Source: Desulfatiglandales bacterium
GTDB lineage: Bacteria; Desulfobacterota; DSM-4660; Desulfatiglandales; Desulfatiglandaceae
Assembly (NCBI GenBank): GCA_963662465.1
Contig: OY759599.1
Location: 1,664,001-1,728,000, forward strand
DNA: 64,000 bases
Direction: 5' to 3'
The notes beneath the pieces were generated by a model. It was not told the origin of the DNA, searched no databases, and worked only from the letters and a program-made list of their open reading frames with translations. Position 1 is the first letter of the stretch. The number at the start of each line of letters is the position of its first letter. Below, in pieces: positions 37,612-49,600 of this stretch. The position numbers and the translations under genes are program-made.

Positions 37612-37670
37612 GGGCGCTAACCAAAATGGAACCAGTTTTGCTACTCCAAACGGAACCAGATATTGCGCAC
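37612..37670 (+). mobile_element. Possible IS21-like terminus
   Basis: Begins with TG and has two CAAA-N1-2-GGAACCAG repeats. Confidence 0.3.
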
Positions 37671-37869
37671 TGGTCTTTTCCTTTTAGAAGGGTTTTCTTG
37701 TAAATTTGTTAGAGGTTGCATGAAAGAGTATATCAGATGGTATTTTAAAAATGCTGGTGAGACACGTAGCGTTCTGGTTGAAGAATCAGTGATGAGGATA
37801 CCATCAATATGGTGATGGCAGAGAAGAGGGGATTAGATTTTTCGGTTAAGGGCAATGCTTATTGAGGAA

Positions 37870-38067
37870 CTATTTGTCTATGTCATAGTCGTCCGGTAAA
37901 TTCAGGAGGCCTCCCTTCGCCAATTGATCCTCAATCAAATATCCAATTTCCCCGTTTTTTTTCAGCTGTAGAATCATCCATTTGGGGAGACGAATGGTGA
38001 GCAGTTCACGTCTCAAATGTTCCGGTTTCTTTCTTCGGCCGGCGCCTACCCGTTTTCCACCTCTCAT
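37870..38067 (-). CDS. Small putative DNA-binding protein
   Basis: MRGGKRVGAGRRKKP...LTIRLP (GGxRxGAGR motif plus a ribbon-helix-helix-like strand). Confidence 0.55.
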   Translation of the reverse strand: MRGGKRVGAGRRKKPEHLRRELLTIRLPKWMILQLKKNGEIGYLIEDQLAKGGLLNLPDDYDIDK

Positions 38068-38165
38068 TTCAAGCTCCAAGACAAGGTAATTTCTGATATT
38101 CGTGTAACGAGATTCAAACAGACCGGTGATATTCAGACCTCAAAACCGGCCCTTTGGCGAACATC

Positions 38166-38884
38166 TCATTTTCTGAGGGAAGGACCATCAATATGAATGT
38201 TGATGCAGCGATGGTTGAGACGATCCAGCAAGGCATCGACCATGTCCTTTGGTTCAAGCAGCGAATACCATTGTTCAGGTTGAAGATTGGTCGTAATAAT
38301 TGTGGACCGACCGGCTTCATAGCGATCTTTCATGAGTTTAAAAAAGGCGTTCATCTGCTCTTTTTTGAGGGTCAGGTATCCCAGTTCATCGAGCAGAAGC
38401 AGGTCATATCTGCAAAGGGCATTGAGGAGTTTCGGGGTGGACCGATCTGCCAAAGACGCATAGAGCTGATCCAGCAAATCCTGAACATTATAAAAACGCC
38501 CCCGGTACCCGGCAATAATGGCTTGACGAAGGATCCCCACGGCCAATCCCGTTTTGCCGACGCCGGTTTTTCCATGGAACACGATGTTTTCTCTTCGGCT
38601 GATAAAGTCAAGGCCGGACAACGTCATGATCCGGCTCTTCTGTATTCCCGGCTGAAGATCAAACGGAAAGGAGTTGAGGGTCCATTCCCATGGAAGCTTT
38701 GCAATCTGGACCCGATAGATCATGCTGCGCTCCTGCCGGAAACGTAATTCCTCAGCCAGGAGATTGTAGATGACCTCGTGAATGGAAAAACCGTTCTTTT
38801 CAGCCGAAGCCAACTGTTCTTCGAGAGCCTTCAGCATGCCTTTAAACTTCAAATCAATGAGTAACTGTTCAATTTTTTTTTCAT
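38166..38884 (-). CDS. istB: IS21-family helper ATPase IstB, 5' end abutting another IS and possibly disrupted
   Basis: GKTGVGKT, LLLLDELGY, TIITTN, ALLDRLNH..GPSLR; probable IS end near 38103. Confidence 0.85.
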
Positions 38885-39545
38885 CAGAGTTCGGGAAGAA
38901 TCCCCCTGTATTGGCGTAACTATCTGAAATTATTAGACGTGAACTTCTCAAGTGAACGTGTGCTTTTCAAAATCAGATATTTATAAACAACTGAAATATT
39001 TAATGAAAATTTCTGAAGTTTTCGCTTGCAAAATAAAACATTTTTTGCAACTATCTATCCCATGGAAATCAGCACCAAAAGCGAAAATTTCGGAAATTTT
39101 TTTACTCTCTGCTCTCCCGATGACAGAAATCGGAAGATCAAGTATGTTTTTATTGATCGCAGGCCTGTTATCCATTTCGATATCGATAGTGCCGCCGAGC
39201 GAAAAATTGCCGTAGTTCAGCTTGTTGAACGTGGCATCTGCAACATAAAGACCGCCGGCGAATTGTGCGGATTCCATCGTAACACAGCCGGTAAGATTAT
39301 CCAAACCAAGAGGATCCTTGGGCTAGAGGCCATGCTTTTAGATGACCGCGGTTTGAAGGAGCCTTACAAATACATTGGCCAAGTATGTTCCCATATTGAA
39401 AAACTTCTTTTGGAGCATCCTGAATGGAAAGATCAGGATATCGCTGAACAGGCCGGCAAGAATCTCGACATGGAAATTTCCCGCAGCGCTGTCGCCAGGA
39501 TTCGCGTTGGGGAAGAAAAGAAACCCTCGTTGCCAACCAACTTAT
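38885..39545 (+). mobile_element. 5' fragment of the unclassified transposase element (ORF from 39062)
   Basis: Left end CAGAGTTC and upstream region homologous to 52650ff; AGELCGFHRNT...DDRG...ISRSAVARIR. Confidence 0.75.
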
Positions 39546-39848
39546 CGTTCGCGTTTTAAATTTGCACTTCGATTAATTTCGAAATCTGGTAGCGGGTACC
39601 TCTCTTGGCAGGGGGAAAAGCTATTTCCGGAAAGCCTACCAGGAGTCTTTTTGAGCAACATGCATCCATGGGTTAGTAAAGCCTGAAAAATAACACACGT
39701 CGAATATTGGAACAACACAATAGGGCAGAAAATGGAATGGATTGTGCGTAAAACACCATCGTTCCATATCTCCAACAATGATATGAATTGTCGTAAAATC
39801 TGTATTTCAATTGTGACAACCTATAAGGGCTATGACGATAACATTCTA

Positions 39849-40163
39849 CTATTGCATAACTTCTAAATTATCGTATATAGAAGCGCTAAGTCCAAAGTGT
39901 TTTAGAATTTCACGTTGCAATTGAGAAAGCGGGGTTAGATGTCTTATCACACTATCTCCTGTTTCAATTATCGTTAATGTAATTTTGCTGAAAGCATTTA
40001 ATAGTTTCTCACACGTTGGATTGCTCGTAGCTTTCTTGGGATTTCCCAGGTGCAATCCAACAAGCTTTTCGTCACTTCTTGCTAATGAGCGGCGAACAAC
40101 AAATTCAACCAGAGTAATTACCCTGACTCCTATCATCAGAAGATGCGTTATTCCTTTAACTTG
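39849..40163 (-). pseudogene. IS1634-family transposase C-terminal fragment
   Basis: LVEFVVRRSL...GNPKKATSNPTCEKLLNAF...LTPLSQLQREIL. Confidence 0.7.
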
Positions 40164-40253
40164 AAAGCATAGGAATTTCCATTTTTGATTTGGCATATCA
40201 AATAGTTGTTGCAGTGATGGCATTAAATGTGTCAAAAAAAGCACATTATGCAT

Positions 40254-41561
40254 ATGCCATCAAACCAAAAAATTGATAAGGAGACTTTCCGGACGATTTT
40301 TATTGATCATTGGGAATCATTCAAAGAGCATCATCCAGGGTATGATAATTCGCAATATGAAGATCCGGTTCAGAAAATGCTTGGTTGCGGCAAGGAAAGC
40401 GCCGGATATAGCGAGCACCGGTGTGTTTATTGCGGTGGTGATGTTCGCCGGATAGGTTTTAGTTGCAAGAGCTGTTTTTGTTTATCCTGCGCCAAGAAAT
40501 ATGTTGACGATTTTGTCAGTCAAGTGAGTAGGGTGCTTCATGGGGGCATGAATTACCGTCACATTGTTTTGACAATTCCCGAGCAACTGAGAATCGTTTT
40601 TTATAAGGCTCGAAATGATGGACGTTTGTTATCGGCTTTTATGAGATGCGGGTACGAATGTTTGGAGGATGTTGTCGGAACGGTTCTTCGGCGGAAACTG
40701 AAAATAGGAACGATCGTCGTTGTTCAAACGCATGGTCGATCCGGTCATTATAATCCGCATTTGCATATCATCATGACAAGCGGTGGGATAAATGAAGATC
40801 TGTGCGGTTGGTTTGATTTAAGGTTCTTCAAGTATGAGATTATACATAAGAAATGGCAGTATCATCTATTCAGAATGCTCAAGTCCCATTTTAACAGCAG
40901 TGCGGTCGATAAACTTATTGATGAGCTGTGGAAAAAATACCCTAAAGGTTTGGTAGCCAATGTGAGCAAGGGTAATGTTCCTGAGACATGTGGGGGTCTG
41001 GCGCGATATTTGGCGAAATATGTTGCATCTCCTCCGATAGCTCTGAGACGGATAATCAGTTATGATGGCCAATATGTTACCTATTGGTACAATGATCACA
41101 TGACAAAATCCAGGAAGGTTGAAACCGTGGAAGTGGATGTTTTTATCGGTCGAATGGTTCAACACATAATGCCCAAAGGGTTCCAGCGGGTTCGTTATTA
41201 TGGGCTACAGGCTACGAAAACTTTTAAGAAATGGTCGGAAGTAATACGGAAAGGGATGAAGGCTTTGGGGCGTGGGATTAAAGGAACGTATCAAGTCGTA
41301 AAAGCGAAAAGATATCGAGAACGTTATAAGGAGATCAGCTCTCAAGATCCTTTTTTGTGTCGTTATTGTGGCCATGAAATGGTGCTATGGAAGATATGGC
41401 ATCCAAAATATGGAGTTTTATATGACGAATATGAAAACATCAAAAACGACAGGTACGGCACGGTTACAGGACAAAATGACAGCGGGGGTGGAAGGCGAGG
41501 ACTTCCCGTTCGGCCCTCCTCCGGAGGAATATCCTTACCGTTGTTCCCATTGCCGGCATGA
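40254..41561 (+). CDS. IS91-family (Y2 HUH) transposase
   Basis: Zn-binding CVYC...SCKSCFCLSC, HIVLTIP, HGRSGHYNPHLH, YLAKY, RVRYYG. Confidence 0.9.
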   Translation: MPSNQKIDKETFRTIFIDHWESFKEHHPGYDNSQYEDPVQKMLGCGKESAGYSEHRCVYCGGDVRRIGFSCKSCFCLSCAKKYVDDFVSQVSRVLHGGMNYRHIVLTIPEQLRIVFYKARNDGRLLSAFMRCGYECLEDVVGTVLRRKLKIGTIVVVQTHGRSGHYNPHLHIIMTSGGINEDLCGWFDLRFFKYEIIHKKWQYHLFRMLKSHFNSSAVDKLIDELWKKYPKGLVANVSKGNVPETCGGLARYLAKYVASPPIALRRIISYDGQYVTYWYNDHMTKSRKVETVEVDVFIGRMVQHIMPKGFQRVRYYGLQATKTFKKWSEVIRKGMKALGRGIKGTYQVVKAKRYRERYKEISSQDPFLCRYCGHEMVLWKIWHPKYGVLYDEYENIKNDRYGTVTGQNDSGGGRRGLPVRPSSGGISLPLFPLPA

Positions 41562-41712
41562 AATGAAGGTAAATGAAGCGATAATAGACGTCGAGATTGC
41601 AAAAGCAGAATATGAAGGAAGGAATGTGGAAGGCTTTATGCCCATTCTCGGTTGCCCTCAGTGCAATCGAGAAACAATGAAATATGCGCAAGGTAGAAAG
41701 CCCGCGCGTTAG
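41476..41712 (+). CDS. Small zinc-ribbon protein overlapping the IS91 transposase 3' end
   Basis: YRCSHC...GCPQC. Confidence 0.5.
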   Translation: MTAGVEGEDFPFGPPPEEYPYRCSHCRHEMKVNEAIIDVEIAKAEYEGRNVEGFMPILGCPQCNRETMKYAQGRKPAR

Positions 41713-42425
41713 CGCGCTAAGTTCACCACACCGCGACCGTGACTTCTTTTCTTCAGTTCAGCCACATACTCATCCAGGATGGCATCCTCTCCCGTCAACA
41801 GCTGTTCTTCTTTTGAAGGGATTCGGGGATCTTTTTTTCTTCGAATGGGAACATGGTGACCGGGCAGGGTTGTTCGGGTGTTGCGTTTATCCAGTATGCG
41901 GTCATGTTCCGCCACTTTTGTGTTTTTGTCGTAAACGATGACCTTGAGCCAATGTTTCTGTACTTCCAGGGAGTTCCCAATCAGCGCTTCAGGGACTGAA
42001 TAGCGGTTGGTGTCCAAGTGCACATATCCCTGAACATCGGCTACCCTGTGTTCTGCCACATAGACTGGCGGCTGGTATGCCGGTAAATCAATGAGATATG
42101 GCTTTTCAATGACATAGGCCTCATCCGGCGTCATCCCTAAAGCCCGTTTAAACTTTTTATCGCTTGTATTCCGGCACCAGTCGATTGCCTGCCGGTTCAA
42201 ATCCTGCCAGCTAACAAATGTTCTACCGGGAAGAAAATTGTTTTCCACAAAATGAAAAGGCCTTTCCACACGGGCACTTCGATTGGCGTCTCCTACAGCA
42301 TGGGCCTCAAACCGGGTTCCATACATATCGCCGAAGTATTTCATTTCAGGCGCAATCAATGCATCAGGCCCGGTGCCGCCGGCCACAATAACATTGGTGT
42401 TGTCAACCATGCACCGGGAACACAC
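41712..42425 (-). pseudogene. istA: IS21-family IstA transposase internal fragment
   Basis: CMVDNT, DANRSARVERPF, NRYSVP. Confidence 0.8.
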
Positions 42426-44346
42426 CAGGGTGAATTTATTCTTCCGAATTATCCAAATAAAATATAAAAGTTGCGCTACATTATGGACAGAAACCCTCGG
42501 ATGGTGTATATACTGTGACAGGCACCAAACCAATTCGGGGTTTAAATTCTTGAACGTTAAGCAAGTCCGCATTCAAATAGTCCGCCCGCTTGAAGAACAA
42601 CGCTTTCAGCATCTGATGCAGTCGCATCATTATTTGGGCGCTCTTCCCAAGATCAGCGAAACCCTCTGGTATACAGCTAGACTAAATAGTGAGTGGATTG
42701 CGCTTGTCAGTTTTTCTGCTCCCGCTTTGAAATGTACACCAAGGGACAGCTGGATCGGATGGAATTTTCGCCATCAATACGATCGACTGAAACTGGTAAC
42801 CAATAACAGTCGTTTTCTAATTTTGCCCGAATGGCATATTCCGAATCTCGCATCCCGTATCCTTTCATTATGTCGGAAGCGAATGCAGGCTGATTGGCAG
42901 GAGCGTTTCGGGCATCCGGTTGTACTCCTGGAAACCTTTGTGGACCCAAAGCAATTCCACGGAACCGTATATCGAGCGTCTAATTGGATATATGTTGGTA
43001 AAACAAAGGGTTTTCATCGAACTCGCCAAGGCTACAGCGATAAAGCGGATTCACCGAAAATGGTTTTTCTTAAACCATTGGTTTCCAATGTTCAAGCACT
43101 GTTATCCCGACCTGTTCTCAAAAAACCATATCTTACAGGAGGTTACAAAATCATGCTCAGTGCGGAACATATGAAATCTCTACCCGACTTTTTTGCTCAA
43201 ATTCCCGACCCGCGTCGATCCCAGGGACGACGTCACAGGCTCTCCACTGTTCTGGCCATTGCCACCGCCGCAACACTGTGCGGAATGCGCGGTTATCTGG
43301 CGATATCCGATTGGGTAAATGGTCTTGGACAAAAAGCCCTTGAGCGTTTCCGTTGCCGATATGAAAATAAGCGCTATGTAGCTCCCAGTCAGTCTACTAT
43401 CCGTGATGTTCTGGTTCGCGTTGACCCCACAGAACTCGACAAAGCTCTCCAGCGTTGGAATCTGCTTTACGGTGAACAGGACGAAAGCTTGGCCATCGAT
43501 GGAAAAACCATGTGTAATGCCATCGATGAACAAGGTTATCAGACTCACATCATGAGTGCTGTCGGCCATCAAACTAAGACCTGTTACACCCAAAAAAAGT
43601 CGGTTCTCTCCCTGTAGAAGGCAAAGACGAACTCAAGCGAACCAATGAAATCAAAACGGCTGCCCCTTTACTGGACGCGATCGATATCGAAGGCAAAGTC
43701 ATTTCAGCTGACGCACTGCTAACCCAAAGGACTTTTGCTAAATATTTGGTCGAGCAACGCAACGCCCATTACCATTTCATCGCCAAAAACAACCAGCCCA
43801 CATTACTTCAAGACATTTCCCTGTATTTTGAGGGCTGCAACGATCCTGATTTCATACAACACGATGCTCCCGATCATGGTCGCATCGAAGTGCGCAAAAT
43901 ATGGACGACTACCGAACTTAACCTATACCTGGATTTCCCGTATGTCGGCCAGGCTTTTATGATCCAGAGAGAAGTTACAAACAAGAAAACCGGTAAATGC
44001 ACAGTTGAGGTTGCTTACGGCATAACGAGTCAATCACCTGATCAGGCGAATCCCGAACGTGTACTTTCTATCAATCGCGGTCACTGGAGCATTGAAAACG
44101 AGTGCCATTACATCATCGACTGGAACTACGACGAAGATCGAAGCCGAATAAGAACCGGCAATGGTCCTGAAAACATGACCAGGCTGCGTAGATTCGCGGT
44201 GGGCGTCATTAAGGCGAAAGGCGTTCGCAGTGTAGCCCAGAAAATGCGCCAGCTCACGCAGAACGTAAGGGGTGTCTTCGACTATCTCAAGATGACCAAA
44301 AATTCAGTGCCCCAAGCGTGATACCTGTTAGAACAAATTTACCGTG
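42426..44346 (+). mobile_element. ISAs1-family IS
   Basis: Imperfect IRs CAGGGTGAATTTATTCT / AGAACAAATTTACCGTG; no matching target duplication. Confidence 0.8.
42550..44321 (+). CDS. DUF4338-fused ISAs1 transposase, probably expressed by -1 frameshift at A7G (43592-43599)
   Basis: HHYLG, NNSRFLILP, ETFVDP..GTVYRASNW; IPDPR, AIDGKT; -1 frame gives TNEI, ADALLTQ, HGRIEVR, RGHWSIEN, EDRSRIR. Confidence 0.85.
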
Positions 44347-45653
44347 CCCGTCAAGGTCGCTGACAACATAAATCTCGTTTCCTTTCATGACAATTCGTCT
44401 CACGGTATGGTAGCCTTTGGATAGAACTTTCAGTCCATAATAGGGAAGGAAGTGCCCATCGATAAAAAACACCTCCGGGTTGATGAACCCCAACGATAGA
44501 AACAGGTTTGCGAAATAATCTATCAGGCTCTCTGAGGGCTTGAACTCGGCCATCTGTTTTAAACGCAACCGAATAGTGGTCTCATCGGGGGAACTGGTTC
44601 GTCCCAGCAAAAGCCCCATGTCCCTACTGTTGACCAGCTTATGGGATTCGATAGATGGCAACCCGATGTTCAACCCGAAAAGGACAGTTTCCATCACTTC
44701 ATAATTATCATACATATTATTGGAATAAGAAGGCAAATCAAAGGCATTTGGGAAGTTGATATGATCTAAAAACAGATGGTGAAGAAGCATGCCGGCAAAG
44801 ACATTGCGTTGTCCCTGTTGAAGATAATCCAGGAATACTTTATCTGTATCGGTTTGTGGCTTGGGTGTATCCTCATCAGCAAATTCATCTACCTTCTTTT
44901 TGAACTCAGAATCAGCCTCAAAGTTGAAAGAAAGCTGTCGCTCGTCGTGTTGCTTCAAATCAATACTATCCGCAATTTTAGCCAGTTGCTCCAAGTCATG
45001 CTTTGTAGGCTTTTCAGTTTCTGCATCTTGGTCCGCGGTTCTGATACGAGCTACAGCACTTCTCGAAATAGTCGTTTCAGTTTGCTTTTCCGCGGCATTT
45101 GCAATCTGCTGGTCAGTCCAGTCAGGATTCTCGCGGATAAGTTTTTTGATGGTTTTGCGAATGCTGCCAATATATTTCCAGGGAGCCTTGGGACCACGGT
45201 TGTCCTCAAATATGGCCTCAACACCTAAAAGTCTTTTGGTGCGAAGCAGTTTGCCAACCGTATTGCGGTGAAACCCACAGATTTTACCGGCAACCCGGTT
45301 TTTACAATAACCAAGCTCGACAAGTTGTACGGCAGCGAGTCTCCTATCATTTATCTTCCCAGGATCGAAACTGACGACAGGACGATACTCATGATAAACC
45401 GTAACAGTGATTTTTTCCTTCCAATCCCGCTCGGTCCATATGGATAGGTCGCTAATTTTTTCTGTTTTGACAATCATGGTCTGAAGATAATTTTTCAGTT
45501 TTCATTTGTCAATAAAAAAAAATTTTGCCCCACCTAATATTTTCAGCTAGTTACGCTGCACTAAAATCTGAAATGCACACGAAATTATGAGAAGCTCCAG
45601 TATAACGATTTCAAACAGTTAAGTTGCGTAAAGGTCATTTACCAGGAATTCTG
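44347..45653 (-). mobile_element. 3'-truncated unclassified transposase element (ORF from 45477, cut by ISAs1)
   Basis: Left end CAGAATTCCTGGTAAATGACC; FFIDGHFLPYYG DDE-like motif; near-identical to 52650ff. Confidence 0.8.
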
Positions 45654-46141
45654 AAGCCTACTAAGTCTTGATCCAAGCCTGAAACATTCTGGATGCACGG
45701 ATGGTTCGAGTGCGAGCGGTTCCGGGTACTCTGAATCGGATTTTTGTGCAGTTGGCCCTTCACCGAGTACCGCTTGCATAGATGGGGAGACCCCAAATAG
45801 CCCGGGGCTTGAATGTTATACGGGCTCTTCCCCAAAAGTAGGATGCAGCAACGGTCTGGGAAACACTGCTGAATATCCGTTCGACTGCACTTGCAGTGAT
45901 GGTGCGCTTGCCACCGGTTCGGGCGCGTGCGGTCAGGGGGCTGGTGCTTCTTAGTATCATCTTTTGTACCACAGTAAAACTTACAGTCCATACGTTTTTC
46001 ATGAAATGAGAATCTTATTCCGATTCTGCCTTGCCTATATCAATTTAGAAACACAAGCCAATGACGTACAGCGCCATCATTAGCATCTTTCTGCGCTGTA
46101 GCCTAATAGTTCGCAATAATAAAGCTAAAGAAAACGGGGCT

Positions 46142-46369
46142 CTATTCTGCAATGATCTTAACCCTTGGTTTGATCTTCAGTATGCCTTTGCTTGCGTGTG
46201 GTGAATAAATGTTGGTTGTCCCAGTTTGATCTGAAAATGAGGTATTCCATCCACCACTGATAGCGATGGATTTCGTTATATTCAAAGATAGAGATTCATA
46301 ATATGTACCTTTGGTGAGTTTTATTGTGCTACCGTCGCTTGCGCCATCAAGAGTGTTCTGAAAGGAGCC
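46142..46369 (-). pseudogene. Orphan relic of a divergent shared-type C-terminal domain
   Basis: SFQNTLDGASDGSTIKLTKGTYYESLSLNITKSIAISGGWNTSFSDQTGTT...*; in-frame stop just upstream and no start codon. Confidence 0.6.
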
Positions 46370-46620
46370 CCTAGAGGTACTTGAATTTCAGTAGTAGTTG
46401 GGGTCGTAGCAACAAGCTTATAGTGCCCACTGGCTCCGCTATTTCCTATACTCGCCGCTTAAAAAAGCAATGTCTTATCAACTTATCACATTATCACCTT
46501 TACATCGGATATCTGACGCCTTAGAATAAATTTGTGTCCATGTGATTTTGCGGGGGCTGGAAAGGTTCTGTTCAATAGCAAAAAACCAGCTAATTCTATC
46601 TTTCAGCGGAGGTTAACGCT

Positions 46621-49600
46621 ATGAAAATACTAAGAATAGTGGCGTTTATCGTGGCTTCCGGATGGTTGGGAACCTGCACTGCGGACGCGGCGACCCGTTT
46701 TATCTCAGGTTACCGGGATGGGATTTGGGTCTATGGGGTGATCGAACGGAACGACGTTCAGTACCGCACGGACCAGACCGGGGCGAGAACCAACCAGATC
46801 CTTTTTGATGAACTGTCGGCTGAAGACAAAATGAGGCTGGCCAAGACCTACAGCTGGATGACCCACCGTTTGGCCTCTCATTTTGGAAATGACGGCCGTG
46901 ACACCATCAACGCCTTTGTTAACGATCAAACGGGATGGTCAGCGCTGGTGGAGGCCCTTAAAAACAAACATGCCAAAAAAGAATATCCTGAATTGGCGGA
47001 AGCGTTTGGTCCCGACGTTACCCTGGACCTGCCCTCCATCAACGTGACTTGCTGGGATGTCATTAACAGCTCGACATACAGTGAATTCGTCCGTTTGAAA
47101 AATGAGATCAAGGACGATTTCGACATAGGCCGTCAAATTTATACCATGCTGGTCAATGCCAAATGGGATCAGGTCTCCATTGCCGTGAAAGGCCTGTCAG
47201 GACCCCTGATTCAGGTTATCGTGGATAATTTTATCACCGGGTTTGTTGTCCACGGCGCACACTATGTCAGTGATCTGTCTGCGGCTGTTCAAAGTTTCAA
47301 TAAAGATCTTCGAGCGTTCATCAAGGGACGTTTTTCAGAAGGCTCGGCACCGCCCAGCGCAGCAGACTTCATCGCAAAACTGGATGAGTATCTTGCAAAG
47401 ATGGAAGGTGCTTCCCTGACCGCCAAAGAACTTGTGAATAGAAAGAAAGCGCAGCTTCAGGCCTTGGCGGATCAGTTAGATCAGATGGAAGAAGACGCGC
47501 TTGAGGCCAGACGCGGTGCTGCTGAGGAAACAAGGACCACCCTGCAAGCGTTTACCGAGACATTGCCCGAACCGAATGTTCCCAACATCACCCCCGATCC
47601 AGTCCCAGAAAATGTGCCAGAGGAAGAACGGGAAGTTTGGATTTTCACGAACATGCACAATAAGGCCTACCCCATATGGCAATCAATTCTGGAGGATACC
47701 AATTCGGTTCAGGCGGATATCGAAAAGGAGCAAACCGAGCTTGTGAACCAGTACGGTTCCGTATCCGTTCCAAATTTGGGAGAGCCCTTCGAGTACTGCT
47801 ATGACGGTATGACCAGCGGGTTTGACGGCCGATACAGAAACGTGACTGTCACATTCGACACATTTGACCCATGGGACCTGGGGCCCGCGAGCACGGCCTG
47901 TAATCAGGCGCAATCCTTGTATGACGGCATTGATCGGGATTCGAGGGACCATATCGACAAGGCGATCCCGCGAATCGATCCCATTCACGCCAGGGCGCTT
48001 GGGATGGACCCCTATGCCAAGTATCTCGGCACAATCGATACGGAAGGCAACATCCAGCCCATGGATCCGCCCCCCGGTGAGCGATTCAAAAATACGGGAA
48101 TTCTGGATTTCGATACCATTATCGATATCATTGCAACGCCGGACCAGGAACTTGCAAAGACAATTGAGGACATTGATGACAGAAAGTCGATTCTGGATGC
48201 TGCGGATTCAAACATGGCTGATGGAATCGAACAGCGGATTGCCTGGGTCAAAGCACAGTATACGATCTATCTGGACTTGATATTCAATTTCGAAAACAGT
48301 CTCAGTTACGTGATCGCCGCCCTGAAACAAATCGACAGGCTTCACGAAGACCCCTATTTCAAGAAGGATAGTCCGTATGCCATTTATGATGGTGTAACCC
48401 TTTATACCTATGCCATCAACATCGACCATATTCTGGCTGAAATCGCCACCCTTGGAACCGATTCCGTTCGTCTGCAAAGCGCGAGGCAGGCGGCGCTGAA
48501 AAAACTTTTCGGACTCCATTCACAGGAACAGGCCCTGATTCAGAAACTGGCCATCGCTCAGGACAGTCATATCAATGATGCGCAGGCGCTCTTTGATTTC
48601 TATCGTGCCCTTGCGGCACAATACACAGATACCAGCAGCCTGTCCAAGGTATTTCAGGATGTGGAAGACATCACCGGTTTTGCCATGAAAACACAATATG
48701 ATGCCTGGAACGACCTGGTGCCGGACATTACCTATTATTATCTTGGGGATGATAACTGGATACGCACCCCCGAAAGCCTCGGCACAAGCGTTTTTGCCCG
48801 TGATATCTACGGTAATCCGTCCCCCTATGGTCGTATCACTGGAAAAACCGAGACCTATTTTTCAGTCTACGATCTGTATCATGATATGAAGACGGAGAAA
48901 GCATCCTTGCTGGCCTTATCCGAAACGGATTTCAACGCCTGGATGACCCAAACGACCATTGACCTGGATAAATATGAGAATCGCCTGCAAACGGAAGGGG
49001 TTTATGGACCTGGATGGCCCTGTTGGGAACTGCTCTATGCGGTGAACAATTTGCAAGAGTCCATCAACGGTGAATACCGGCATGGAACACCGCTTCCGCC
49101 CCCCTACTATCAGGTGCACGGCCAACTCAAAACCGAAGACGGGCTAGGCGTTGAAGACATCGACCTGATCATGGACGGGTATTACGGGGAAGACGGCAGT
49201 GGGGCCCATGTGACGTTTCAGGCGACAACCGGTGTAAGAGGGCATTTCCTGTTCGAATTCATTGGAACCGGAAACTATACCATCACCCCCTCCGATACGT
49301 CGGTGCGGCGCGGCATGGGATCTTCCGGCTTAAGGGAAATGCAATTTAATATCGAAACGACAGCCGTCGAGATGAGGGGGACGGATCTATCGGTCAATGT
49401 GGTTGCCACGCCCACCCCAGAATCCGGAAATTATGTCACCGGCTGGGTCAAAGACGCTCAGGGCAGCGGAACCGGCGGAAAAACAATGGTCCTGGAATCC
49501 CTGGAAACCGGGGATATCTCAAGCAAACTGACACTCGACGATGGGTTCTTCAGCTTCATGGGGTTGCCCGAAGGAACGTATAACCTTCGGCCTGTGGAGC

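Noticed and set aside
42550..43150. Druantia defence system (DruA/DUF4338)
   Set aside because: The domain is fused to an ISAs1 transposase inside the IS ends, and no other dru genes are present.
45635..46002. Short ORFs between the transposase and the CTD relic
   Set aside because: No motifs, RBS or homology that I can support.
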